DNA of 42,504 nucleotides from a bacterium (GCA_037138355.1 JBAXIL010000011.1:1-42504); one strand, 5' to 3'; positions 26,656 to 37,301 are shown, counted from the first letter of the stretch. A program made the numbers and translations. Notes: generated by a model from the sequence alone, not told the origin.

Positions 26656-28377
26656 TTATAAATATGTTCGAACTTTCTCATAAACTTTTAATGGCTTAAT
26701 ATTTTTTAAACAATTATAATGCAAAAGTTTGCATGTTTTCTCAAAACACGGCTGACAATCAAGCCCTTGATAAAACTGTATTGCTTTCGAAGCGATAGGA
26801 CCTCCCCAGTATGGTGCAGTCGAGCCATATATAACAATCACCGGAACTTCAAAAGCATCGGCAATATGCATAATTCCAGAATCATTTCCTATAAACAAAT
26901 CATAGTTTTTTATTGTTGGTATCACTTTAGTCAAATCTTCTCCACGCAAATCAAAAAAACGCTTATTTTCGGTTATAGCTCTTGGAAGTAAGAAACTTTT
27001 ATCTTGTTCAATTCCGGTTATAGTTATTGTAGTATTAATATTTTTAATTAATATAAGCCTAATTAATTCAGAATAATACTCCAGTGGCCACATCTTAGAA
27101 GGGCCAAAAATCGCAAATGGAGCTATTAGAATATGTTTAATGGCTAATTTGTTATGTCTATTTTTAGAAGCTGATCTTCCTGTAAGATTTTGTTTTGAAA
27201 ATGAAAAATCAAAACCACTATTTACAAGATACATTATTTTATTATATTCCTGTGTTATATGTTCTCTTTTATGGGTTTTGTCTTGTTTATAAGTTTTATG
27301 TAATAATAATCCTCCGCAATCAGCATCGTATCCTACCCTCAACTTTACTCCTGCCAATATAAGAAAAATATATGAGGAAATCGACGGTGAAAAAGACACA
27401 CCTACATCTATATGCTCTTTTTTTAAAGTTGCTGCAGCATTTAATGTTGAATTTAAATTTTTTCTATCATATACAATAATATTATCTATATAGCTATTAT
27501 TTTCCAATATTGCCCTGACCGCAGGGCTGGTCACTACCACAATAACCTTTTTGTATAATCTTTTTGCTTCTTTCAAAAACATTGTCATCATAACTGCATC
27601 CCCAATCCAATTTGGGGCCTTTAACAATATGGAATTATTTCCTGCTGTATTTTTTGCTTCATACATTTTTGAATACTTTATAAATTCAGAAAAGCCACTA
27701 TAAATGCTTAAAACAAAGCCCTGAAAACCATCAAGAAATCCAAATTTAACAAAGTACATTCTGAAGAACTTTAAGAAAGGAGCAAACATCATTCGAATAA
27801 TAAGAAAACGCTTGAGCTTAACTTTTGACTGCAAAGTGGTGTACCTATTCATTTTATTAAAATAAGTTTTGGTATCAGGATAAGAATAATGATAAATCGG
27901 TTCATTTATTTTTCCTACAGAACCTAAAAGTTTAACGCTTTCATGTACCACTCTACCATCAAAACGACCAGTTGATTTTTTAAACAGTCGTAATTGATAA
28001 TCATTGTTCCAACCACAATGTTTAATTTCCTTGCCAAGAAAGAAATCGTTTCTTTTAATATAATAACCTTCAAATTTTAGATGTCGATTGCCTATACTGA
28101 GAATTGTATTTTTTAGTGCAGGTGATATTACTTCGTCCGCATCTATAGAAAGTACCCAATCATTATGAGCTTTATCAATTCCAATATTTTTTATATCAGA
28201 AAATCCATTAAATTCATGTAAAAATATTTTATTTGTGTATTTTTTGGCCAGAGCTACTGTTTTATCAGTGCTATTAGAATCAACTATGATAATTTCATTA
28301 CAAAAATCCAAACTCTGTAAGCAGCGCTCAATATTTGCAGCTTCATTGTAAGTAACTATAACAGCACTAATTTTCAT
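26656..28377 (-). CDS. Fused GT2 (WaaE/KdtX-like) and GT9 (WaaF-like heptosyltransferase)
   Basis: N-half ISAVIVTYNE...DSNSTD...IDADE...VHE...GFLDG; C-half APNWIGDAVM...GPSKMWP...GNDSGIMHIA. Confidence 0.88.
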   Translation of the reverse strand: MKISAVIVTYNEAANIERCLQSLDFCNEIIIVDSNSTDKTVALAKKYTNKIFLHEFNGFSDIKNIGIDKAHNDWVLSIDADEVISPALKNTILSIGNRHLKFEGYYIKRNDFFLGKEIKHCGWNNDYQLRLFKKSTGRFDGRVVHESVKLLGSVGKINEPIYHYSYPDTKTYFNKMNRYTTLQSKVKLKRFLIIRMMFAPFLKFFRMYFVKFGFLDGFQGFVLSIYSGFSEFIKYSKMYEAKNTAGNNSILLKAPNWIGDAVMMTMFLKEAKRLYKKVIVVVTSPAVRAILENNSYIDNIIVYDRKNLNSTLNAAATLKKEHIDVGVSFSPSISSYIFLILAGVKLRVGYDADCGGLLLHKTYKQDKTHKREHITQEYNKIMYLVNSGFDFSFSKQNLTGRSASKNRHNKLAIKHILIAPFAIFGPSKMWPLEYYSELIRLILIKNINTTITITGIEQDKSFLLPRAITENKRFFDLRGEDLTKVIPTIKNYDLFIGNDSGIMHIADAFEVPVIVIYGSTAPYWGGPIASKAIQFYQGLDCQPCFEKTCKLLHYNCLKNIKPLKVYEKVRTYL

Positions 28378-28387
28378 AATATAATCC

Positions 28388-29326
28388 TCATATTATTATT
28401 TTTTTTATCTTGTCTATCACCATGGCAACAGTTATAGATTTCATACAATCAAAACTGTCAATTGGACATTTATCTCCACCATGTAAGTGACAAGGTCTGC
28501 ACATAAGTTCGTGATTTTCCATTATTATATAATCTTTGTTAGTTATAAAACCAAAAGCCGAAACAGTGGGACCAAGAAATATCAAAGCCAGCTTTCCATA
28601 AAGCTTTGATGCATGTGCCGCAGCAGTATCATTACCAATAAATACATCTGTTTTTGCTATCTCTTTAAGCAAAGAACTAAAATCAGTTTTCCCAATTATA
28701 TTTCTAACTCGTTTGTCTTTATTATACAAAGACAACATTGTACTATCAACCTCATCCTTAACACCCGTCAATACAACTCTAACCTTTTTGAATTTTAGGA
28801 GTTCTGGTATTAGATCGGCAATAAACGGCCATCTTTTATTTTTCCATTTTGCTCCAGCATGAATCAGGATGTTAATTACCCTTTTGCTCTTTAAATTAAT
28901 AACTTTGGATGGAATAAGTTTTAATCCTGTAAGCTTACTTACGGCCTGTAAATATTTATCAGTAACACTTGTTTTATCGCTCAAGAACCATTTAAAAAGA
29001 ACCATAAGCCTGCGCTTCACTGAATCCTTGTTATATAATTTCTTTATCTTTGCTTTTATTAGTAATCTTAGTAAAAATGATTTTAGGTTTCTTTGTAAAT
29101 CAACAATAACATCATACTTTTCTGCCGACAAAATCGAAACAAGTGCAAAAAAATTATCTGAATATTTAATTGTTCTGTCAGGTTTTACTGCCTCACCAGC
29201 TTTTATAAACTTTTCTTTGCATATCAAATGCGCCTGATAACCGGACTTTTGCAAATTAACAATTACCTGCCTCGTGAGTAATATATCTCCCGCTGAAGAA
29301 AATCGTATTACAAGGGCTTTTTTCAT
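28388..29326 (-). CDS. GT9 LPS heptosyltransferase
   Basis: IRFSSAGDILL, DLQ, GAKWKNKRWP, GNDT...H, CRPC..HG..CP..C. Confidence 0.88.
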   Translation of the reverse strand: MKKALVIRFSSAGDILLTRQVIVNLQKSGYQAHLICKEKFIKAGEAVKPDRTIKYSDNFFALVSILSAEKYDVIVDLQRNLKSFLLRLLIKAKIKKLYNKDSVKRRLMVLFKWFLSDKTSVTDKYLQAVSKLTGLKLIPSKVINLKSKRVINILIHAGAKWKNKRWPFIADLIPELLKFKKVRVVLTGVKDEVDSTMLSLYNKDKRVRNIIGKTDFSSLLKEIAKTDVFIGNDTAAAHASKLYGKLALIFLGPTVSAFGFITNKDYIIMENHELMCRPCHLHGGDKCPIDSFDCMKSITVAMVIDKIKKIII

Positions 29327-30417
29327 TATATCGTCAGCTTCGCTTCAAGTTGCTTTATATTTTTTATAAGCATGCCTATTTTCAAGGCATAAACACTTGA
29401 ATTACTTACATATTTCTTGTCAATCTTTACTTCATCCTTCTCGGTAGTTAAAATCATTGAAGCTTGCGTTCTATCATATAGCTTAATAATTGCGCCCATT
29501 TCCTTTTTACTTAACTTATGATGATCACGAAACCTTAAAGCAATTATCATATTTGCGCCAAGAGCCTTTAATGTTTTTTCAAATCCAAGTGGATTACCAA
29601 TACTTGAAAAAGCTATTATTTTTTTACCATCAAGCACATCTGGATCAAACTTTTCCGCATTTGAAATATTATAAACAATTTTAGGATGATGCTCACTTTC
29701 ATAAATCATTATATATATATTGAAGCTCCTGATCATTTGTTTAATTCTTATAATTTTTTCTGGTTCCACAAGATTAGTATTAGTAATAATCACTGCATCA
29801 GCATGTTTAATTTCGCTCATGGGCTCTCTAAGCATCCCAGCTGGAAAAAGCCGTCCAAACCCTACTGGATTTATCGCATCAATAAGGACACAGTGCTTCG
29901 CTTTAGCAATATCTCCCCTCTTTTGAAAACCATCATCCAACAAGACATAATCAGGATTAAATAATTTGACCGCATAAGCAATACCCATTAACTTATCATC
30001 AGCCACTATCACCTTAGCTTTTTGTACTGATCTGGCAAGCATAAATGCTTCATCACCAGCATTTTCCTGCTTTAATAAAATTTTTATTCCATCAGAAACA
30101 ACATTTAATGGCTGTTTTTTATTGCGCTTATAACCTTTGCAAACAATGACTACGCTTTTTTCTTCACTGATTAACCTCTTAGCAATTTCTTCTATAAATG
30201 GAGTTTTACCCGTACCTCCCATAGTTATATTTCCTGCTGAAATAATTTTTACCCCAAAAGATTTTGCTTTGAGAATATTATACTGATAAAGTTTTTTTCT
30301 TAAGAAAAGTCCTAAACCATAAAAAATTGAAATAAATAACAAAAAAACATAAAATACAAATTGCAAAAGACTTTTCTTTTTACTTGATACTGTTTGATAC
30401 CAAAAGTTTTCAAACAT
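29326..30417 (-). CDS. lpxK: Tetraacyldisaccharide 4'-kinase
   Basis: GNITMGGTGKTP, GY, GDEA, LDDGFQ, PAGMLREP, F.DHH, TTEKD. Confidence 0.95.
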   Translation of the reverse strand: MFENFWYQTVSSKKKSLLQFVFYVFLLFISIFYGLGLFLRKKLYQYNILKAKSFGVKIISAGNITMGGTGKTPFIEEIAKRLISEEKSVVIVCKGYKRNKKQPLNVVSDGIKILLKQENAGDEAFMLARSVQKAKVIVADDKLMGIAYAVKLFNPDYVLLDDGFQKRGDIAKAKHCVLIDAINPVGFGRLFPAGMLREPMSEIKHADAVIITNTNLVEPEKIIRIKQMIRSFNIYIMIYESEHHPKIVYNISNAEKFDPDVLDGKKIIAFSSIGNPLGFEKTLKALGANMIIALRFRDHHKLSKKEMGAIIKLYDRTQASMILTTEKDEVKIDKKYVSNSSVYALKIGMLIKNIKQLEAKLTI

Positions 30418-30487
30418 TAATTTTCTCCAATATAATTTTCATTATTGCGCAATTTAATTTCTGTTTATCTACAAAGGCACTCGGTAA

Positions 30488-31783
30488 TCAAACTGATAAA
30501 CTTTTATTATAATCAATTAATATTTCATCTATCAACATCGCTGTTGTGGAAGCAGAACCACGAAAACGCTCTACTATTTTTTTATTAAGCTCCCCATTTG
30601 AAGTTCTTAAAGTGATATCTGTCAACAATAATCGTAATTTATCAGCTATTTCGTCGCTCGAAAAAGTTCTGTAAGCGCCACCGTTTTTAGTAAATAAATC
30701 TGCAGTATCCTCAAAATTATACATATATTTACCTATAATCATAGGTAATCCTGCCGCAGCAGCTTCCATAGGATTATGACCACCAAATTTCATAAAGCCA
30801 CCGCCTATAATAGCGACATCCCCAGCTGCATATACATACGAAAGATCACCTATAGTATCTATAATAACCACATCATAATCAGTAATGTTACTAAAGTTCT
30901 TAAAAGAACTCCATAAAACATATTTCAAGTGGGCTTGTATGATAAGCTTTTCCATAACCGCTACTCTATTTAAATACCGTGGAGCTATTACAAGAACCGA
31001 GTTTTTGACTTTGGCTGAAACAAATCCATTAATTACAATAGCTTCTTCGCCCTCCCTAATGCTGCCTGCCACCACTATCAATTTACCTTTTTTATCAGCT
31101 TTCTTTATTTCTTCAGTACGGACACTATCAAGTTCAAAGGAAAACTTGGTATTATTCATAATGATAATTTTTTTATTTTTCACACCCAAGCGCCTCAGCC
31201 TACGAAGCATTTTCTCGCTTTGAACTATTAATACATCAAACTTATTTAATACTACAGAAAAGAAAAATCTAAAGACATAATAAAACCTAAAACTTTTCCT
31301 TGAAATTCTGCCATTTATCATTATCACTGGTATTTTTTTGTTTTTTGCTATATTGAGAAAATTAGGCCAAAGTTCAGTCTCTACAATCACTATGGCCTCA
31401 GGACAAATCTTATTAACAACACTTTTCATTATGAAATCAATGTCCAGTGGTAACAAAAAAGCACAATCAATAATTCCTTGCAGTTCTTTTTCTATTTTTT
31501 TCTTTCCGTTCATACTTGTAGTTGTAACAATCAAACACTTATCCGGTTTCATTAATTTAAATTCTTTAACAACTGGTGCAAGCGCCTGTACTTCTCCAGC
31601 TGATGCCGCATGGAACCAAACGACTTTTTTATTTTCCATTTCAGCTATAGAAGATTTGCTTATAAAACCAAACCTTTCAGACAAACTCATACGCCATTTT
31701 TTATTTAACAATAAAATAACTATAATAAAAGGCGAAGCAATGAGTGCCATAAGGTAAAGTAATATATTATATATATAAATCAC
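30488..31783 (-). CDS. waaA: Kdo transferase
   Basis: WFHAASAGE, PLD, ETELWPN, NGRIS, DTIGDL, GGHNPMEA. Confidence 0.95.
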   Translation of the reverse strand: MIYIYNILLYLMALIASPFIIVILLLNKKWRMSLSERFGFISKSSIAEMENKKVVWFHAASAGEVQALAPVVKEFKLMKPDKCLIVTTTSMNGKKKIEKELQGIIDCAFLLPLDIDFIMKSVVNKICPEAIVIVETELWPNFLNIAKNKKIPVIMINGRISRKSFRFYYVFRFFFSVVLNKFDVLIVQSEKMLRRLRRLGVKNKKIIIMNNTKFSFELDSVRTEEIKKADKKGKLIVVAGSIREGEEAIVINGFVSAKVKNSVLVIAPRYLNRVAVMEKLIIQAHLKYVLWSSFKNFSNITDYDVVIIDTIGDLSYVYAAGDVAIIGGGFMKFGGHNPMEAAAAGLPMIIGKYMYNFEDTADLFTKNGGAYRTFSSDEIADKLRLLLTDITLRTSNGELNKKIVERFRGSASTTAMLIDEILIDYNKSLSV

Positions 31784-32895
31784 AAGCGCGTCTCATTGAT
31801 TATGGCTTTAGCAATATTCACGACAACTTTTGAGGCCTTGCCACTTTTCACGCGCAATGAACTTAAGTCTTTTATTATATTATTTTTATGTTTCTTATCT
31901 TTTAATATAGCTATTACTTCACGGCTCACCAGGTCTGGTCGAAAATCATGTTGCAGATATTCCCTAACCGCTTCTTTATTTAGTAAGATATTTGGTAATC
32001 CTACATACTTAAGTTTTATAATATTTTTCATTATTATGTAGGACAAGGAAGAAACCTTATATACTATTACCATTGGAATACCCATAATTGCCAGTTCCAG
32101 TGTTACTGTCCCCGACTTAGCAATCGCCGCCGTTAGTGAAGATTTTTGTTTCAAATCATTTCCATTAGCAATATGAATTTTAAGACCTTGATATTTATTA
32201 AGATATGGCCTAAGGATTTCTTCTTTTATGGTATCAGCTTTAAAGATTACAAACCTCACATTTTTCAAAGATAGTTTAATCAGCGCGCAGGACTTAAGAA
32301 TATCTTCCGTGAAGGCTTTTATCTCATTTATTCTGCTACCTGGAAATACGCCTACTATCTTTTGCTTTGAAGACGGCTTAGAAGGAGTTAAATAAGGAGC
32401 CATAGGATGGCCAAAGTATTTAGCGTTAATTCCTGCCTTTTTTAACAAGTTTTCTTCAAACGGAAGTACAACAAAACACATATCAGTATATTTTTTGAGT
32501 TTAGCAATTCTTTCCGACTTCCATACCCACACTTGAGGCGTGCTGTAATATATAACTTTTTTAATACCAATTTTTTTTGCGTGTTTTATTAGGGGCATAT
32601 GAAAAGCGGGACTATCTATTACTATTAAAACATCTGGCATTTCTTTTTTCATGATACTTACTGCTTTACGATACAAAGCTAAGTGAGTAAATATATTTTT
32701 TATAACTTCCCAAAAACCTATAGCAGCATGTTCGACAGGATTGATTTTAATAGCAATACCTGAAGCCGACATATTGGGTCCGCCAAAACCTATAATAGAT
32801 ACTTTATTTTTCATTTGTCTTAATATTTCAGCTGCCAGTTTAGCGCCGTAGAAATCTCCACTTGCTTCTCCAGCTGAGATAAGGATTTTTTTCAA
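31780..32895 (-). CDS. lpxB: Lipid A disaccharide synthase
   Basis: AGEASGD, ID.P.F, PQVWVW, LPFE, GHP, PGSR, SGTVTLE, LPNIL. Confidence 0.95.
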   Translation of the reverse strand: MKKILISAGEASGDFYGAKLAAEILRQMKNKVSIIGFGGPNMSASGIAIKINPVEHAAIGFWEVIKNIFTHLALYRKAVSIMKKEMPDVLIVIDSPAFHMPLIKHAKKIGIKKVIYYSTPQVWVWKSERIAKLKKYTDMCFVVLPFEENLLKKAGINAKYFGHPMAPYLTPSKPSSKQKIVGVFPGSRINEIKAFTEDILKSCALIKLSLKNVRFVIFKADTIKEEILRPYLNKYQGLKIHIANGNDLKQKSSLTAAIAKSGTVTLELAIMGIPMVIVYKVSSLSYIIMKNIIKLKYVGLPNILLNKEAVREYLQHDFRPDLVSREVIAILKDKKHKNNIIKDLSSLRVKSGKASKVVVNIAKAIINETRL

Positions 32896-33878
32896 GTAAG
32901 CTGTCCTTTTATCTTTTTGAATTTATTTTGAATCTGTTTTTCTATTGCCAAAACTATTTTTAGAGCTTCGTAAGCCTGATACACCGTGACTTCTGTTTTC
33001 TTCTTGCCGTTTATGGAATCAATAAATGATCTTAACTCACTTCCTAATGGCTCCTTTTTTTCCATTGGAAAAGAATCCATTTCCATCATATCGGACCAAG
33101 CCACCTTTCTATCTGACTCTAAGCCATCTTTTACTTTGTAAATTTTAATAGACTGCCTCATATAATCAATAGACATATATAAATTATTTTCAAATACCCG
33201 TATTTTTCTTAAGCGCTTTGGAGAAACTCTACTGGCTGTAACATTTGCTACACAACCATTTTCAAATTCCAATCTTACATTTGCCATGTCTATTGATTTA
33301 GTAAGTACAGGCACTCCGATTGCATCTATTTTCTTAATTTTCGAGTTAACAATCTGCAAAATAATATCTATATCATGTATCATTAAATCAAGTATTACAG
33401 AAGTATCCAAGCTGCGAGAAGTAAAAGGACCAAGTCTGCTTGCTTCAACAAGTATAGGAACTTTTTTAAGTTCTTGAAGCTTCTTTACAGCCATATTAAA
33501 ACGCTCTATATGACCTACTTGAAATATGAGCTTCTTAGATTTCTTTTTATATATTTTAATTAGGTCTTCTGCTTCTTTAGCCGTTGCAGTCATTGGTTTT
33601 TCAAGCAGTATATGTTTATCATTTTCAAGAAAAAACTTTGCCACTTTGTGATGAAGAGTTGTAGGGACAACAATACTTACTGCATCTACTTTATCCAACA
33701 TTTTTCTATAATCAGTGAAAAATTCAGCCCCATATCTTTCTGCTATCTCTCTGCCCTTCTCAGAAACATCAGAAACACATGTGAGCTTTACCCCATCTAT
33801 GCTGGTATAATTTCTTGCGTGATGCTGTCCAAGGCTTCCTACACCTACTACTCCGACTCTTATAACATTATCCACCAT
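32892..33878 (-). CDS. Gfo/Idh/MocA oxidoreductase, GnnA-like (putative UDP-GlcNAc 3-dehydrogenase)
   Basis: GVGSLGQHHAR, EKP, VGHIERFN, DLMIHDID, ANVTASRVS; overlaps the lpxB start. Confidence 0.8.
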   Translation of the reverse strand: MVDNVIRVGVVGVGSLGQHHARNYTSIDGVKLTCVSDVSEKGREIAERYGAEFFTDYRKMLDKVDAVSIVVPTTLHHKVAKFFLENDKHILLEKPMTATAKEAEDLIKIYKKKSKKLIFQVGHIERFNMAVKKLQELKKVPILVEASRLGPFTSRSLDTSVILDLMIHDIDIILQIVNSKIKKIDAIGVPVLTKSIDMANVRLEFENGCVANVTASRVSPKRLRKIRVFENNLYMSIDYMRQSIKIYKVKDGLESDRKVAWSDMMEMDSFPMEKKEPLGSELRSFIDSINGKKKTEVTVYQAYEALKIVLAIEKQIQNKFKKIKGQLT

Positions 33879-35112
33879 TTTTCTCCTTCACCATTTTCGA
33901 GTATTTATCATAAGTTTTCTTCATTGCTCTTACTGTAAGTTGTATTCCTTTTTCAGTATCATTGCGCTTTACAATTACTCCCTCTTCATAAAAAACCTGC
34001 ATAAGCTTTTCCCATCCTGCTGGTACAAGTATTTTTTTCTCGATAAAATTAACTTCTACTGCTTTTTCAAGTTCTTTCATTAATTTTTCTAAACCCTCAC
34101 CCGTAAAGGCCGATATATATATTGCATCGTTGCTATCAAAAGTTCTGCGCCTCTTATTAATAAGATCTATTTTATTAAAAACCTCAATAATTTTTTTACC
34201 CTCATAAGCATTTATTTCTTTTAAAATATCGTACACTACTTTTCGCTTTGCTCCCCAAGCTGTATCCGTCACATCCATAAGGTGCAGAACTATATCTGCT
34301 TCACTGACTTCTTCAAGCGTTCCTCTGAAAGCCGCAATCAAATATGGCGGAAGATTTTTAATAAAACCAACGGTATCGGAAAACAATACTTTGTATCTAC
34401 TCGGTAAAGTATATTGTCTAATTGTTGGATCAAGTGTAGCAAAAAGCTTATCTTCAGACAACATTCCAGCATTTGTCAATTTATTAAGCAGCATGGTCTT
34501 TCCAGCATTTGTATATCCAACAATTGCTATCTGGGGAACAGGCAGTAGCTTCCTACGCTCCCTCTGAATCTCCCTTTTTGCCTTTATGTTTTCTAACTCT
34601 TTTCTTATTCTTTGTATGCGTATATTGATTTTTCTTTTATCTACCTCAAGCTTTGTTTCGCCAGGGCCTTTTCTATTACCTATTCCACCGGTCTGTTGCA
34701 TTAAATCGTGACCTCTACCAGATAATCTCGGCAACATGTAATTGAGCATCGCAAATTCAACCTGAAGCTTACCTTCATTTGTCCTGGCGCGCCCAGCAAA
34801 TATATCAAGAATTAGCTGTGTCCTGTCCACAATACGCTTTCCAGTTATATCTTCCAGATTACGCACTTGCACTGGCTTTAATTCAGCGTCAAATATAATT
34901 ATATCAACAGTTTCTTTATAAGTTATGGCTATTTCTTCTGCCTTGCCCTTACCAATATAGGACGCAGGCGAAATATCAAACCTTTTTTGGGATATAATAT
35001 CAACTATTACCCCTCCAGCAGTCGAAATAAGCCCTTTCATTTCTTCTATGTCAGACAAAACTTCATTTTTGTCCTGATTCTGATAAAGCTTTATAAGCAA
35101 CACTTTTTCCAT
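33868..35112 (-). CDS. hflX: GTPase HflX
   Basis: LILDIFA.RA...EGKLQVE, GPGETKLE, GYTNAGK, FATLDPT, DTVGF, NKID. Confidence 0.96.
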   Translation of the reverse strand: MEKVLLIKLYQNQDKNEVLSDIEEMKGLISTAGGVIVDIISQKRFDISPASYIGKGKAEEIAITYKETVDIIIFDAELKPVQVRNLEDITGKRIVDRTQLILDIFAGRARTNEGKLQVEFAMLNYMLPRLSGRGHDLMQQTGGIGNRKGPGETKLEVDKRKINIRIQRIRKELENIKAKREIQRERRKLLPVPQIAIVGYTNAGKTMLLNKLTNAGMLSEDKLFATLDPTIRQYTLPSRYKVLFSDTVGFIKNLPPYLIAAFRGTLEEVSEADIVLHLMDVTDTAWGAKRKVVYDILKEINAYEGKKIIEVFNKIDLINKRRRTFDSNDAIYISAFTGEGLEKLMKELEKAVEVNFIEKKILVPAGWEKLMQVFYEEGVIVKRNDTEKGIQLTVRAMKKTYDKYSKMVKEKNGG

Positions 35113-35123
35113 AATATTTTTTA

Positions 35124-35152
35124 ATTATACTACTTAGGGCTGGTTAAATCAA
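35124..35152 (-). promoter_or_regulatory. Sigma70-type promoter of the hflX-LPS operon
   Basis: TTGATT-N17-TATAAT, 11 nt before the ATG; no Shine-Dalgarno. Confidence 0.7.
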
Positions 35153-35235
35153 TGGCAAATCCCAAGAAATGACAATTTAGCCTATTATTATGAGTATAAC
35201 TGGGAATAATATTGATGTTTGGTGTTATTGTAGAA

Positions 35236-37212
35236 CTACTTAATGGTTTTTTGCAGAGACAAGGCAGTTTTGTTCTCTGGTTCCAGTTGAAGTACTTTTT
35301 GAATGTAATCTTTTGCCTTAGGGATATTATTTTTAATCAAGCTTAAATAGACCATTTTTGTATATAATAAGGCATCATTTGGATTGATTTTTATAGCTTC
35401 CTGCCACATTAACTCTGCTTTGTCAAACTCGCCTGCCTTATAATACACCAAGCCAGCATTTGCATATGCTCCATAGCCCTTATAAAATATCAGACCTCGT
35501 TCATAATATTCTGCTGCCTTTTTATAATTTTTGAGCATTGCACAATTATCTGCTAAATTGAATAAGCCCATAGCATAATTTTCTATAACAAGCCGACGCG
35601 TAAACTCATCAGATTTCAATTTGTCTTCTATCAATCCTCTAAATGAATAAAGCTTAAATATATTTTCTGATACTATATTTTTATTTCCTATATCTCCGAT
35701 TTTGAATGCTAATCCTTGAGGACTCATATTAAACTGAGGCAACCACTCTTTAGTGAATACATTAGAATAGTAAAAATCTCTACCAGGATTTGATTTAATA
35801 ATGGAGTCAATAAAAACATTAAGGTATATAGATGTAGCTGGCATATTAATATTGCTACTAAAATTTCGTTTAACTTGATCCTGATACCATCCATAAAGAG
35901 AAACAACAGGTATGACAGGAACAAACTTCTCTTTATCCACCAGCGACTTATAAATCATTGATCCGATATACATATCACCCTCAAGAAAAATTATGGAATT
36001 TTGTTTTATTGTTTTCACTAAATTATTACCAAAATCATAACCTATATAATATCTCTCATAATCAGGTTTATTTATGGCAAATAATAGAATCACAATAGGG
36101 CCTGTCAAGAAAAGAGCCACACTTCTTCTAACTAAATTGTTTTTAAATGTTAAAGCAAAGTAATATATAGAACAAACCATAAAAACAACTGCAAAAAAGT
36201 TTGTTGATAATAGATATGGTTTAGTTAACCATTCAGTTTTATTCGGTGGGGTTGCAAAAGAAGCTACGCTTATCACAATAAGTAAATATGCAGCCAGCAA
36301 TGTTAGACCGCGCTTTGTCTGTTTTAATAAGAGCATAACTATACCTGGGATTATCAACAAAGCCGTCCCCAATGGAAACTCTGAGGAAAATAGGTTTTTA
36401 ATATAATAAATAATAAGTGCAGAAGTGTTTGTAAAGCTATGTTTAATCTCTATGCCAGCATACTGAGCTCTGGAAATAAGCCAAATAAAATCCTTGATAC
36501 TTTTTACATCACCCCACGCATATGCCAGTCCAGTCATATTTCTGATAGGTATATATAAAAACACCGTCAAACCGAGTAAAAAAAACAAAAAACCTCCAAA
36601 CATGTGTTTCATGCTTAAATATTTTCTCTGGTCAATTAAGTAAAAAGCAATTGCTGGGGCTATCACTATCATGCTTGTCCAATGATTGCCCATAGATAGA
36701 CCATATAGCAATGCAAAAAGATAAAAGTATTTAATACTTTCATGTATTTTAAATAACGAGTAAATAGAACATACGAGCAGAAAAGAATTTAAAGTATATA
36801 TGCCACCTTTTGCTATACTCCCCTGCAGCCAAACGGAACTCGAAAAAATAAAAAAAGCAGCTGAAGCAAAAGATATTATGTTAATCAAGACAAAGTCAGG
36901 TTTAGTATTTCTATCTGATAATAATCTATTAACAAATAAAAATATCATAAGCCCAGTAAGAATAGTCAAAATAGCAGACAACATATTTGCTCTTAATGCC
37001 GGAGAACCCAAAGGTACTATCATAATAATCCTACCTATAAGCGTTGCTAATGGATATCCAGGTGGATGCTGTATTCCCAAAGTATAATAGGCAGCTGAGG
37101 TTTCTGGAGAGTCGTCAGAATTATAAGAAGGAGCCATGCTTGAAAAGTAAATACCTAAACATATAACAAAAAACATAAAAACAGAAAATATTAGGATTTT
37201 ATTATTTTTCAA
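35236..37212 (-). CDS. DUF2723 (TMEM260-like) GT-C membrane protein with C-terminal TPRs
   Basis: DSPE...LGIQHPPGYPL signature, many TM helices, NH, YIPIR, WG; C-terminal TPR repeats. Confidence 0.85.
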   Translation of the reverse strand: MKNNKILIFSVFMFFVICLGIYFSSMAPSYNSDDSPETSAAYYTLGIQHPPGYPLATLIGRIIMIVPLGSPALRANMLSAILTILTGLMIFLFVNRLLSDRNTKPDFVLINIISFASAAFFIFSSSVWLQGSIAKGGIYTLNSFLLVCSIYSLFKIHESIKYFYLFALLYGLSMGNHWTSMIVIAPAIAFYLIDQRKYLSMKHMFGGFLFFLLGLTVFLYIPIRNMTGLAYAWGDVKSIKDFIWLISRAQYAGIEIKHSFTNTSALIIYYIKNLFSSEFPLGTALLIIPGIVMLLLKQTKRGLTLLAAYLLIVISVASFATPPNKTEWLTKPYLLSTNFFAVVFMVCSIYYFALTFKNNLVRRSVALFLTGPIVILLFAINKPDYERYYIGYDFGNNLVKTIKQNSIIFLEGDMYIGSMIYKSLVDKEKFVPVIPVVSLYGWYQDQVKRNFSSNINMPATSIYLNVFIDSIIKSNPGRDFYYSNVFTKEWLPQFNMSPQGLAFKIGDIGNKNIVSENIFKLYSFRGLIEDKLKSDEFTRRLVIENYAMGLFNLADNCAMLKNYKKAAEYYERGLIFYKGYGAYANAGLVYYKAGEFDKAELMWQEAIKINPNDALLYTKMVYLSLIKNNIPKAKDYIQKVLQLEPENKTALSLQKTIK

Positions 37213-37301
37213 TTATATGCATACCCCGTATGAGTTTCATAAAACAAAACCATAAATTAATAAGCTATCATTCGGAATTATCAATCCAAGATTAAAACAA
37301 A

